Shown in pieces: positions 8,092-18,164 of a stretch of 32,000 nt of DNA. Numbering within the stretch: position 1 is the first letter of the stretch; each line of letters begins with the position of its first letter. The position numbers and the translations under genes are program-made. The DNA is taken from assembly GCA_942493105.1 (NCBI GenBank), contig OW818668.1:30001-62000 (forward strand). Direction: 5' to 3'. The stretch is from an uncultured Erysipelotrichaceae bacterium (GTDB taxonomy: Bacteria > Bacillota_I > Bacilli_A > Erysipelotrichales > Erysipelotrichaceae). A model generated the notes under the pieces. It saw nothing but the letters and a program-made list of their open reading frames with translations. It searched no databases and was not told the origin of the DNA.

Positions 8092-9202
8092 TGAATGCTT
8101 TCTTAAACCGCTCGTAAATACTTTCTTTGCCTTTTAATTGGCGAAGCTTTTCATACAGTTCTTTTTCTTCACGGGTAAGATGATCATCGACTTCAACTTT
8201 GACTTCAACATATTGGTCTCCAATATGTGCACTGTTGATTTCTTTCATGCCTTTGCCTTTTAATCTAAACTGTGTTCCGTGTTGAGTGGCAGGTGGGATG
8301 GAAAGCTCAACATCACCATATACAGTAGGGACATCTACTTTAGTTCCCAGTGTCGCATCGAGGGCACTTAAAGGAATCTGGATGTAGATGTTGGATCCTT
8401 CACGAATGAAGTATTTATGTTTACCCACTAAAACCTCGATGAAGAGATCGCCATTAGGACCCCCATTGACACCTTTTTCACCACGGTGAGGAACTCTTAA
8501 GCGTTGTCCGCTTTGAATGCCTGCAGGGATCTTAAGGTCCACAGTGACCTTTTTATGTTCATGGCCGCTGCCATTACATTTCTTACACTTGTTGACGATC
8601 TTTTTGCCTGTTCCTTTACAATCAGGACAAGGAGCTGTGCTTTGGAAGACACCAAAAGGTGTTCTTTGCTGCTGAGTGACTTGACCTTTGCCTTGACAGG
8701 TAGAGCAAACTTTGACATCGTCTTTTGAATAGGCACCTGTGCCCATACATTCCGAACATTGTTCATCGACATCGATGGTAAAACTACTTTCTTTACCAGT
8801 CACTGAATCCATGAAGTCGATGTTCATTCTCATTAAGCGATCTTCACCTTGTCTTGGACCCGTTGTGTTTCTGCGTGTTTGACCACCAAAACCACCCCCA
8901 AAGAAAGATCCAAAGATATCGTTTAGATCACCGAAATCTGCAGAGCCGCCAAAACCTTGACCGAAACCACCAGCCCCTTCCATACCCGCATGACCAAATT
9001 GATCATAAGCAGCACGTTTTTGGGGATCCATAAGGGTTTCATAGGCTTCCTGGACTTCTTTGAATTTAACGTCAGAACCTTTTTCTTTATTGACATCAGG
9101 ATGAAATTTCTTGGCTAATGAACGATAAGCCTTCTTGATGTCTTGGTCCGTGGCACTTTTAGATAAGCCCAGTACCTCATAATAATCGCGTTTCTCGGCC
9201 AT
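8087..9202 (-). CDS. dnaJ: Molecular chaperone DnaJ (Hsp40)
   Basis: J-domain (DYYEVLGL...HPD), G/F-rich linker and four CxxCxGxG zinc-finger repeats. The start is moved to MAEKRDYY (9202), which has a GGAGG SD 4 nt upstream. The track start at 9217 lies within that SD region. Confidence 0.97.
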   Translation of the reverse strand: MAEKRDYYEVLGLSKSATDQDIKKAYRSLAKKFHPDVNKEKGSDVKFKEVQEAYETLMDPQKRAAYDQFGHAGMEGAGGFGQGFGGSADFGDLNDIFGSFFGGGFGGQTRRNTTGPRQGEDRLMRMNIDFMDSVTGKESSFTIDVDEQCSECMGTGAYSKDDVKVCSTCQGKGQVTQQQRTPFGVFQSTAPCPDCKGTGKKIVNKCKKCNGSGHEHKKVTVDLKIPAGIQSGQRLRVPHRGEKGVNGGPNGDLFIEVLVGKHKYFIREGSNIYIQIPLSALDATLGTKVDVPTVYGDVELSIPPATQHGTQFRLKGKGMKEINSAHIGDQYVEVKVEVDDHLTREEKELYEKLRQLKGKESIYERFKKAFK

Positions 9203-9217
9203 ACTTCCTCCACTCAT

Positions 9218-9240
9218 AAACCTGAGGTCAACTCAGGTTT
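9218..9240 (-). other. Intercistronic 9-bp stem-loop between dnaK and dnaJ
   Basis: AAACCTGAG-N5-CTCAGGTTT is a perfect inverted repeat with no real U-tract after it. It is probably a processing, stability or partial-attenuation element rather than a full terminator. Confidence 0.5.
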
Positions 9241-9247
9241 AATGTTT

Positions 9248-11074
<1,827 letters not shown>

Positions 11075-11611
11075 TTACTCACTGACTTTAACCAAAGATG
11101 CTCTGAGTAAGCGATCTTTGAGGATATATCCTTTTTGTAAGACTTCGATGACGATGCCTGGTTCTACACCTTCTTTTTGTTCGGTGAGAATCGCATGATG
11201 CAGATTGGGATCTAAAGGCTGATTTAGAGCCAGTATTTCTTCAACGCCTTCATTTTTTAAGGCAGTTAAGAGTTGATCATAGGTCATCTGTATGCCCTTG
11301 GTTAAGGAAGAGTCTTTATCTTCAATATTCTTAAGCGTTCTTTCTAAGTTGTCTAGAACTTGTAGGATTTCTTTTGCGAAGCTTTGGATTCGATATTTCT
11401 TTGCAACTTCCATGTCGCTTAGATTTCGTTTCTTGAAGTTTTCCGCATCAGCATAAGCTTTGAAGTATTCGTTTTTCAACTTAGCATTTTCGATTTCCAA
11501 TTCTTGGATTTGATCTTTTAACTTCTTGTGTTCTTTATGCTCCTTCTTTTCATGTTTGTCCAGATGTTCTTCTTGGACTGCTTGCTCTACTTTTTCTTTT
11601 TCTTCCATCAT
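11075..11611 (-). CDS. grpE: Nucleotide exchange factor GrpE
   Basis: 178 aa with a charged coiled-coil N-terminus and a C-terminal GrpE beta-domain (HHAI...G..LKDRLLR.SLV). Its ATG overlaps the hrcA stop (ATGA), and an AAGGAG SD is present. Confidence 0.93.
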   Translation of the reverse strand: MMEEKEKVEQAVQEEHLDKHEKKEHKEHKKLKDQIQELEIENAKLKNEYFKAYADAENFKKRNLSDMEVAKKYRIQSFAKEILQVLDNLERTLKNIEDKDSSLTKGIQMTYDQLLTALKNEGVEEILALNQPLDPNLHHAILTEQKEGVEPGIVIEVLQKGYILKDRLLRASLVKVSE

Positions 11612-12624
11612 TCTCTCCTTTTTCCGTATATTTTTTCTATGGCTTTGCTCATGAATTCCATCAAAGCCACAACGCGGTTATATTCCATTCGACTGGGTCC
11701 AACCACCATCAACTGTCCGCTTTCATCGTTATTGAGATTAAACGTTGAAGTGACGATGGCGACATCATCCATCCATACTAAGGAGGAATGATCCGAATGT
11801 GTTAATTTCAAGGCATTTCGATCTTGTCCGATTTCACGCCAGATCGCACTGTTTTCAAACATCCCTAATAATTGCTTTAGTTTTGCGATATCTGCAAACT
11901 CAGGCTGATTGAGTAAGTTATTTTGACCACTTGTATAATAGTTATCACTGGCAAACTTTAAGAAGGCATTGAAGAAGGCTTCAAAGACGACTTCATATTT
12001 TCTTATTGATTTTGCCAAAATCGGTTTGATCAAATTGAGTTTGGTTTTGATTTCGAATAATGGGGTTCCGCTTAATCGTTCATTGAGGATCTTACAGCAG
12101 GATGCTAATTCTTCGACTGTGACTTGTTCATCAAAAGTGAAGAGACGATTTTCAGTATGACCTGTGTTGGTAATAAAGACTGCGACAGCTTGATTTTGAT
12201 CGATTGGGAATAAATCGATGTGTTCTAAGGTTTGTGTATGCGCTTCTGGACCTAACACAAGCGATGTAAGATTGGTCATTTGCGATAAAATATCGCAACT
12301 TCTCTTGATGACTTCCTCGATCTTCATGGCTCGATCAGAGAAGACTTCACGTAAAACAAGCTCTAACTTTTCATCCATCTTCTCAACCATGATGTTTTCG
12401 ACATAGTATCGATAACCCTGTGTAGATGGGACTCGACCCGATGATGTATGGGTCTTTTCTAAATAACCCAACAGTTCCAATTCACTCATTTCATTACGGA
12501 TGGTCGCTGAGGAATAAGGCAAACGATACTTCTCGACCAAAGTTTTTGATCCGACAGGCTCAGCCGTTAGTATGTATTCATCAACGATGGCGCCTAAGAT
12601 TTCAATCAATCGATCGCTTAACAC
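11608..12624 (-). CDS. hrcA: Heat-inducible transcription repressor HrcA
   Basis: 338 aa with an N-terminal winged-helix region (EPVGSKTLVEKY...SSATIRNEM.ELE..GYLEKTHTSSGRVPS) at the first position of the hrcA-grpE-dnaK-dnaJ operon. GTG start with an AAGGAGG SD. Confidence 0.93.
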   Translation of the reverse strand: MLSDRLIEILGAIVDEYILTAEPVGSKTLVEKYRLPYSSATIRNEMSELELLGYLEKTHTSSGRVPSTQGYRYYVENIMVEKMDEKLELVLREVFSDRAMKIEEVIKRSCDILSQMTNLTSLVLGPEAHTQTLEHIDLFPIDQNQAVAVFITNTGHTENRLFTFDEQVTVEELASCCKILNERLSGTPLFEIKTKLNLIKPILAKSIRKYEVVFEAFFNAFLKFASDNYYTSGQNNLLNQPEFADIAKLKQLLGMFENSAIWREIGQDRNALKLTHSDHSSLVWMDDVAIVTSTFNLNNDESGQLMVVGPSRMEYNRVVALMEFMSKAIEKIYGKRRE

Positions 12625-12633
12625 GTTTCCTCC

Positions 12634-12660
12634 TTAGCACTCCCTAATGGGGTCTGCTAA
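12634..12660 (-). promoter_or_regulatory. CIRCE operator (proximal), overlapping the predicted TSS and touching the SD
   Basis: Minus strand reads TTAGCAGAC-N9-GAGTGCTAA versus the consensus TTAGCACTC-N9-GAGTGCTAA (left half 7/9, right half 9/9). Confidence 0.8.
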
Positions 12661-12661
12661 T

Positions 12662-12689
12662 ATTATAGCAACTCATTTAGCACTGTCAA
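12662..12689 (-). promoter_or_regulatory. hrcA operon promoter: TTGACA - 16 nt - TATAAT
   Basis: Minus strand has TTGACA (12689..12684) and TATAAT (12667..12662). The -35 lies inside the distal CIRCE. Confidence 0.7.
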
Positions 12690-12703
12690 GTCTTAAGTGC
12701 TAA
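12677..12703 (-). promoter_or_regulatory. CIRCE operator (distal), overlapping the -35 box
   Basis: Minus strand reads TTAGCACTT-N9-CAGTGCTAA (8/9 + 8/9 to consensus). TTAGCACT/AGTGCTAA form a perfect inverted repeat. Confidence 0.85.
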
Positions 12704-12719
12704 AATGGGTGACTTCACA

Positions 12720-12742
12720 TAAAAAAATGACCTTTCGGTCAT
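12720..12742 (-). terminator. Rho-independent terminator after coaD
   Basis: Minus-strand RNA is AUGACC-GAAA-GGUCAU followed by UUUUUUU. The coaD UGA stop is inside the stem. Confidence 0.8.
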
Positions 12743-13218
12743 TCTTGATATTTCTTTAAAATCACATCTTTGATTTCGGGTGGAATAAAACTGGATAAAT
12801 CCCCATGGTTGAGTGCAACTTGTTTGACTACACTTGATGATAAGAAAGACCACTGTGGATGCGTCAATAAGAAGATGGTTTCGATTTCAGGATTTAGGAT
12901 CATATTGGCAGTGGCTTGCTGCAGTTCATATTCATAATCCATGACAGCTCGAATGCCTCTGACCAACACAGTTGCCCCTACTTTTTGAGCATAATCAACC
13001 GTTAAACCACTTTGAGCACTAATGGTGACATTGGGGAATTTTGTGACGACACTTTCCAGCATTTCAATTCTTTCTTCGATCGAAAAAGTAAATGCTTTAT
13101 TGGGATTGGTCATAATGACCACTTCCAGTTCATCAAAGATCGCAGATGCACGCTTTATGACATCAAGATGACCATTGGTCAAAGGATCAAAAGATCCTGG
13201 ATACAGTGCTTTAATCAT
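12739..13218 (-). CDS. coaD: Phosphopantetheine adenylyltransferase
   Basis: MIKALYPGSFDPLTNGHLDVIKRAS is the canonical CoaD N-terminus (the T/HxGH motif). The start is trimmed to 13218, which has a GGAGG SD and overlaps the rsmD stop by 8 nt. Confidence 0.93.
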   Translation of the reverse strand: MIKALYPGSFDPLTNGHLDVIKRASAIFDELEVVIMTNPNKAFTFSIEERIEMLESVVTKFPNVTISAQSGLTVDYAQKVGATVLVRGIRAVMDYEYELQQATANMILNPEIETIFLLTHPQWSFLSSSVVKQVALNHGDLSSFIPPEIKDVILKKYQE

Positions 13219-13765
13219 GTTTCCTCCGGTAATAGTGTAAGGCAACCGTTCCATACACAGCTGTCTTTTCCAGCTTGTAAGCAGGATGTTCAATACATGG
13301 TGCTTCTTTGGGTTGCTCTATGACCATTATACTGTCTTCATCAATCAAATCATAGTGTTTTAATGCTTCAAGGATTGCCATAAGATCTACTTTCAAATAA
13401 GGCGGATCCAGATAGATAAAATGAAACTTCAGTGCTTTCTTCGATAAATAACGCAAAGCCTGAAAAGCATCCATTCTTAGTACTTGAGTTTGTTTCTCAC
13501 AACCCAAAGCTTTGATGTTGGCATGAATTGTTTGAATGGCTGCCTGTGATCCATCCACAAACACAACAGGCTGCATTCCTCTTGAGATGGCTTCTAATCC
13601 AATATTTCCACTGCCCGCAAACAGATCTAAAGCTGATTTACCACTAAGTTCAGGTCCTAATGTAGAAAACAAGGCTTCTTTTACTTTATCTAATGTAGGT
13701 CGAGTCGATGATCCTTCTACCGCTTTGATCAAACGAGAGCGATAGGTTCCCGCAATGATCCTCAT
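13211..13765 (-). CDS. rsmD: 16S rRNA (guanine966-N2)-methyltransferase RsmD
   Basis: MRIIAGTYRSRLIK...TRPT.DKVKEALF..L, DLFAGSGNIGLEAISRG and LDPPY motifs, together with the conserved rsmD-coaD pairing. Confidence 0.88.
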   Translation of the reverse strand: MRIIAGTYRSRLIKAVEGSSTRPTLDKVKEALFSTLGPELSGKSALDLFAGSGNIGLEAISRGMQPVVFVDGSQAAIQTIHANIKALGCEKQTQVLRMDAFQALRYLSKKALKFHFIYLDPPYLKVDLMAILEALKHYDLIDEDSIMVIEQPKEAPCIEHPAYKLEKTAVYGTVALHYYRRKHD

Positions 13766-14949
13766 ACTTTAGGCTCAGCTTTATCAAGTGAAATCAAACG
13801 CTGTGCAATGCCTAATGCAAACATGGTCGATAAAATACTGGAACCGCCAGAACTGATAAACAATAAAGGCACCCCCGTTAGCGGAATCAGAGCAGTTACA
13901 CCACCTACATTCAGAATAAAATGAAGCAGCAGATAATAAGCTACCCCAGCCAATATCATCTTATGGGCATCTTGATTGGACTTATAGGCAGCCATCAAGA
14001 TTTTAACAACGATAAACAAAGTAAAACCCGTAACCAGGATGACCCAGAAAAACCCAAGTTCTTCCGCAATGATCGCTAAAATAAAATCAGTTTGAGCAGC
14101 AGGCAGATAACCATATTTTTGTAAGCTCTTGCCAAAACCTACCCCAAACCAATTACCTTTCACAAAAGCCATCAATGAACTGACCAACTGATATCCTGTC
14201 CCATAACGATTGATAAAAGGATCGACTGTATTTTCAAAACGATTGACCATATATTCAGGAATACCTAAGCCTCTGATCAAATTCAAGCCAAATTCTGTTA
14301 AGAGCAGGCCAGCCACGATCAATGCTAACGTGAAGAGTATCAACACGATCCATTGAATGCCTCGTAAACTAGGTGCAGAAGATAGTAAGAAAACCAACAC
14401 ACACATTCCCAACATAACCACTGCCGATCCTAAATCTGACTGTAAGACTGCAATGATGAAAAGCAAACCCCCTATAAAAAATAAGGGCATCTTAAGTAAT
14501 TGACCTTTTTTAGCTTTGGCAACCTTCACATCCCCTAAATAAACAGCCAAAATAATGACCGCGATGATCTTAAGAAATTCAGAAGGCTGAATACTGAGTT
14601 CCATAAAAGACAAAGGAAACTTGATCCATGCTTTGGCTCCATTGATTTCCCCATAAAAAAGTGGGATGATCGCAAACACAAAAGAAAAAAACATGATGAT
14701 AAAATAGTGCCTTCTAAAAAACGAAAGTTCAAAATGTTTACTGAGCCACACATAACCTACATAACCTAAACCTAAAAACGCAAACTGCTTAACAATGATC
14801 AGTAGTATTTCAAAAAGCTGAACATCCGAGGTCATGGCGGCTGAGCCGCTCATGACTAAACCGATGATCATTAAGCAAATCATGGCCAATTGAATCGATA
14901 TGTCTCTGCCTTTAGGCAATTTGAGTGAGAATTTCTTTGTTTTCATCAT
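13762..14949 (-). CDS. SEDS-family peptidoglycan glycosyltransferase (FtsW/RodA/SpoVE)
   Basis: About 10 TM helices with QPSEF.K, TDFI.A.I.EELG and P.TG.PLLFISSGGSS signatures. An ATGA overlap links its stop to the rsmD start. Two adjacent ATGs (14949 and 14946) are possible starts. Confidence 0.88.
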   Translation of the reverse strand: MMKTKKFSLKLPKGRDISIQLAMICLMIIGLVMSGSAAMTSDVQLFEILLIIVKQFAFLGLGYVGYVWLSKHFELSFFRRHYFIIMFFSFVFAIIPLFYGEINGAKAWIKFPLSFMELSIQPSEFLKIIAVIILAVYLGDVKVAKAKKGQLLKMPLFFIGGLLFIIAVLQSDLGSAVVMLGMCVLVFLLSSAPSLRGIQWIVLILFTLALIVAGLLLTEFGLNLIRGLGIPEYMVNRFENTVDPFINRYGTGYQLVSSLMAFVKGNWFGVGFGKSLQKYGYLPAAQTDFILAIIAEELGFFWVILVTGFTLFIVVKILMAAYKSNQDAHKMILAGVAYYLLLHFILNVGGVTALIPLTGVPLLFISSGGSSILSTMFALGIAQRLISLDKAEPKV

Positions 14950-14953
14950 TTTA

Positions 14954-14962
14954 ATTGTATCA
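14954..14962 (-). promoter_or_regulatory. Extended -10 box TGATACAAT, 4 or 7 nt upstream of the two SEDS ATGs (leaderless candidate)
   Basis: Minus strand reads TGATACAAT-taaa-ATGATG with no SD. The expected TSS falls on the A of the second ATG. Confidence 0.5.
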
Positions 14963-15002
14963 AATAAAAATAGGCTTATAATGAACTTAGGGCATTTATT
15001 AC

Positions 15003-15030
15003 TTGTAAATCATCTGACTTTCTGTATAAT
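15003..15030 (+). promoter_or_regulatory. def-rnj promoter: TTGTAA - 16 nt - TGTATAAT (extended -10)
   Basis: TTGTAA at 15003..15008 and TGTATAAT at 15023..15030. A leader of about 50 nt with a GAAAGG SD precedes the ATG at 15087. Confidence 0.7.
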
Positions 15031-15086
15031 TAGTCTGTCAAGCGTGATAGTTACATATCATCAGAGTGTGTGAAAGGTTTTTTTAA

Positions 15087-15644
15087 ATGAGAATCAACTA
15101 TGAAACCATCGTTAAAGATACAGATCCGATACTGAGAAATAAGTCAGTACCCGTTGATGTGCCTCTAAACCATAAACATTTAGCCTTGGCTAAACGGATG
15201 CTTCGTTATGTCAAAGACAGTCGTGATGAAGAAAAAGCTGAGAAATATAAGTTGAGACCAGCCGTTGGTTTAGCTGCTCCTCAAGTGGGTGAATTCGTAC
15301 ACATCATCATGGTGATGGTCGATACCGATGAAGGGTCTTCCAAAACATATTTATTGGCCAATCCTAAAATCATTGCCCATTCTGTTCAACAAGCTGCTCT
15401 AAAAGGCGGTGAAGGTTGTCTCAGTGTTGAAATCGTACATGAAGGCTATGTGAAGCGTGCAGCGCGCATTACTGTTAAAGCTTATGATATACTGTCTCAA
15501 CAAGAAGTCCTGCTTAAAGAACATGGTTATGCCGCCATTGTCATACAACACGAAATAGATCATTTAAACGGCATATTGTTTTACGATCGGATCGACACAA
15601 ACGACCCTTGGGGTCTAAGTGAAAAATTGATCATCATCGAATAG
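15087..15644 (+). CDS. def: Peptide deformylase
   Basis: All three PDF motifs are present: GLAAPQVG, EGCLSV and HEIDHLNG. Confidence 0.95.
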   Translation: MRINYETIVKDTDPILRNKSVPVDVPLNHKHLALAKRMLRYVKDSRDEEKAEKYKLRPAVGLAAPQVGEFVHIIMVMVDTDEGSSKTYLLANPKIIAHSVQQAALKGGEGCLSVEIVHEGYVKRAARITVKAYDILSQQEVLLKEHGYAAIVIQHEIDHLNGILFYDRIDTNDPWGLSEKLIIIE

Positions 15645-15652
15645 GAGTCCTA

Positions 15653-17392
15653 ATGGAACTAAAAAACGAATACTCAGAACACAAGACATTTAACCGCGCG
15701 ACGGATACCATGGTCTATGCTTTAGGCGGGCTTGGTGAAGTCGGTAAAAACATGTATTGCTTTGAACACGGAGAAGAAATCATCATTTTAGATGCTGGTG
15801 TACGCTTTCCTGAAGAAAGCCTTTTAGGCGTTGACTATGTCATCCCTGATTACAGTTATCTGCAGCGTAATCAGCATAAGATCAAAGCATTGATCATTAC
15901 CCATGGTCATGAAGACCATATCGGTGGTATTCCATTCTTGATGCAAAGTGTTAAACTGCCTAAGATCTATGCCCCACAATTTGCGGCAGCTTTGATTCAA
16001 AGAAAACTGGAAGAACGCAGACATTATAAGATCGATATCGAAATCATCGATGATGATTCTCGTGTTGAAACAGAATTTTTTAAGATCGGTTTCTTTAAAA
16101 CAACGCATTCTATACCTGATTCTTTGGGTGTTTTACTCAATACGCCCAATGGACGTATCGTAGAGACCGGAGATTTCAAGTTTGATTTGACCCCTGTTGG
16201 AGCCAATGCGGATTATCAAAAAATGGCTTATATCGGACAAATTGGGGTAACGCTTTTAATGAGTGACTCCACCAATTCTTCAGTCAACGGATTTTCGATT
16301 TCTGAAAAAGAAGTTGCTGCTTCCTTACTAGACACAACACGAAAAGCTCAAGGCAGATTGATCGTCGCGACTTTCGCTTCTAATGTATATCGCGTAAGAC
16401 AGGTCATTGAAGCTGCCGTGGCTTGCGGACGAAAAATAGTCGTCTTTGGCAGATCGATGGAAAATGTCGTTGCCATCGGTAAGAAATATGGGCATATTAA
16501 AGTAGAAGACGGAAATTTCATCGAACCTGAATATTTAAATACGATCCCTGCCAATAAGATTTGTATTTTAGTTACAGGCAGTCAAGGTGAACCTTTGGCC
16601 GCATTATCAAGAATGGCCAATGGGACGCATCGTCATCTGCGGATCATTCCAGGCGATACAGTCGTGTTTTCAAGTTCACCGATTCCAGGTAATGCATTAT
16701 CAGTCAATGCCGTTGTCAATCAATTGACGCGTTCAGGTGCCAATGTATTGACCAATTCTTTATTGAATTCCTTACATACAACAGGACATGCTTCTCGCGA
16801 AGAACAGAAACTGATGTTACAACTGATCAAACCTGAATTCTTCATGCCGATGCATGGAGAATATAAGATGTTAAAGACGCATGCAAAAACTGCCATTGAA
16901 ACAGGTGTCGATCCCGAAAAAGTCTTCATCTTAGCCAACGGCGATGCTTTGGTATTAAGAGACGGGGTCGTCTTTCAATCGGATACGCGTATTCCTACAG
17001 ATGATATTTATGTCGATGGGAATGATGCTTCTGGTTTATCCACCTCTGTTCTTAAGGATCGTAAGATCTTAGGCGACAATGGGATGGTTGCTGTCATTGT
17101 TTCAATCGATTCACGTTTCAATAAGATATTGGTTAGACCCAGTATCGTCTCTAGAGGTTTTGTTCACTTAAAAGAGAATCAGACCTTACTTAAAGAAGCT
17201 GAACTGATCGTCTATGATGCACTTAAGAAAACCATGATGAATAAGGTGACCTTCAATGATCTTAAGAATTCGGTAAGAACCTCATTAGAACCTTATCTTT
17301 ATCTTAAAACCAGAAGAAATCCTATCGTTATCCCAGTCATCCTAAATCAAAAAGCAGCCATGGTTACCAAACAAAAAGGAACCCAAATATAA
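15653..17392 (+). CDS. rnj: Ribonuclease J (metallo-beta-lactamase / beta-CASP)
   Basis: 579 aa with ITHGHEDHIGG, beta-CASP motifs and the C-terminal domain. AGGAG SD at 15643..15647. Confidence 0.93.
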   Translation: MELKNEYSEHKTFNRATDTMVYALGGLGEVGKNMYCFEHGEEIIILDAGVRFPEESLLGVDYVIPDYSYLQRNQHKIKALIITHGHEDHIGGIPFLMQSVKLPKIYAPQFAAALIQRKLEERRHYKIDIEIIDDDSRVETEFFKIGFFKTTHSIPDSLGVLLNTPNGRIVETGDFKFDLTPVGANADYQKMAYIGQIGVTLLMSDSTNSSVNGFSISEKEVAASLLDTTRKAQGRLIVATFASNVYRVRQVIEAAVACGRKIVVFGRSMENVVAIGKKYGHIKVEDGNFIEPEYLNTIPANKICILVTGSQGEPLAALSRMANGTHRHLRIIPGDTVVFSSSPIPGNALSVNAVVNQLTRSGANVLTNSLLNSLHTTGHASREEQKLMLQLIKPEFFMPMHGEYKMLKTHAKTAIETGVDPEKVFILANGDALVLRDGVVFQSDTRIPTDDIYVDGNDASGLSTSVLKDRKILGDNGMVAVIVSIDSRFNKILVRPSIVSRGFVHLKENQTLLKEAELIVYDALKKTMMNKVTFNDLKNSVRTSLEPYLYLKTRRNPIVIPVILNQKAAMVTKQKGTQI

Positions 17393-17420
17393 AAGAAGAG
17401 AGCCTTAGTGCTCTCTTCTT
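17393..17420. terminator. Bidirectional terminator between rnj and the LiaF-like gene
   Basis: An 11-bp perfect stem AAGAAGAGAGC-N6-GCTCTCTTCTT with A/T-rich flanks on both sides. Stops of both convergent genes abut it. Confidence 0.8.
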
Positions 17421-18095
17421 TTATCTGATCTCAACGGCTCCCATAACCGCCGTATATTGAATATGAATCGTGTGTTGGGCATTTGGATCACCAGGATTAG
17501 TGTTTTCATATCCTCCCATAACAGGTGTCCCACTCACAACGATCTTTACATTTCTAGGCAAAATCACTTCAACAGAACCCATCACTGCCGTACATTCAAC
17601 ATTGACATCTTGATTGATGATGACTTTGGATAAATCCACTTCTGCACCACCCATGACCGCTGAAATACTGCATCCTTTAAAATCATCTGAGATGATACGC
17701 TCATCTAATCCTCCCATAAAAGCAGAGAATTCTTTTCCATTAGAACGAATGGGTCTAATGAAATCATGTGTATGACGATTAATTCTTGTCCATCCGCTAA
17801 AAAACAACAATTGGATGCCTAATAAAACAAGAAACAAAGCCAATAAGTGAAGTTCTTTACCTTGGAACCATTCTAAACCAGCATTCTTAGCCAAATAAAA
17901 TGAACCAATGATGATCAAGAAAACACTTAAGATTCTAAATGAACCCCTTCTGATGATGCCTGATAAACCAAATAAGATCAATATAGATGGCCATATGAAG
18001 CTCCAGACCTTAACGTCAGGTCCAAAGACTTCAAGGGTGTCTGCCAAAACTAAGATCCCAAATACAACTAAAATAAGACCAATGAATTTTCTCAT
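17421..18095 (-). CDS. LiaF-like membrane protein (N-terminal TM helices plus C-terminal DUF2154 toast-rack-type domain)
   Basis: N-terminal TM bundle followed by repeated xVMGGxEVxL strands (AVMGGAEVDLS, AVMGSVEVILP, PVMGGYEN, AVMGAVEI), as in LiaF/YvqF C-domains. The start is set at 18095 (MRKFIGL), which has an AAGGAG SD 5 nt upstream. The upstream ATG at 18113 lies inside the -10 box. Confidence 0.6.
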   Translation of the reverse strand: MRKFIGLILVVFGILVLADTLEVFGPDVKVWSFIWPSILILFGLSGIIRRGSFRILSVFLIIIGSFYLAKNAGLEWFQGKELHLLALFLVLLGIQLLFFSGWTRINRHTHDFIRPIRSNGKEFSAFMGGLDERIISDDFKGCSISAVMGGAEVDLSKVIINQDVNVECTAVMGSVEVILPRNVKIVVSGTPVMGGYENTNPGDPNAQHTIHIQYTAVMGAVEIR

Positions 18096-18111
18096 GAGTG
18101 CTCCTTTTTTC

Positions 18112-18138
18112 ATTATACCCCTTCTGACGATTTTTCAA
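18112..18138 (-). promoter_or_regulatory. Candidate promoter of the LiaF-like gene: TTGAAA - 15 nt - TATAAT
   Basis: Minus strand has TTGAAA (18138..18133) and TATAAT (18117..18112). The spacer is short (15 nt), so this is only a candidate. Confidence 0.45.
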
Positions 18139-18147
18139 TAGGGTCTG

Positions 18148-18156
18148 TGTTAAAAT
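18148..18156 (+). promoter_or_regulatory. Extended -10 box TGTTAAAAT, 8 nt upstream of the metallophosphoesterase ATG (leaderless candidate)
   Basis: TGTTAAAAT at 18148..18156, then ggttatat, then the ATG at 18165. No SD. Confidence 0.5.
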
Positions 18157-18164
18157 GGTTATAT

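Noticed and set aside
12634-12660. Proximal CIRCE acting as an mRNA hairpin that sequesters the hrcA SD
   Set aside because: The predicted TSS (about 12655) falls inside the left half of the element, so the full inverted repeat is probably not transcribed. A role as a DNA operator is the better-supported interpretation.
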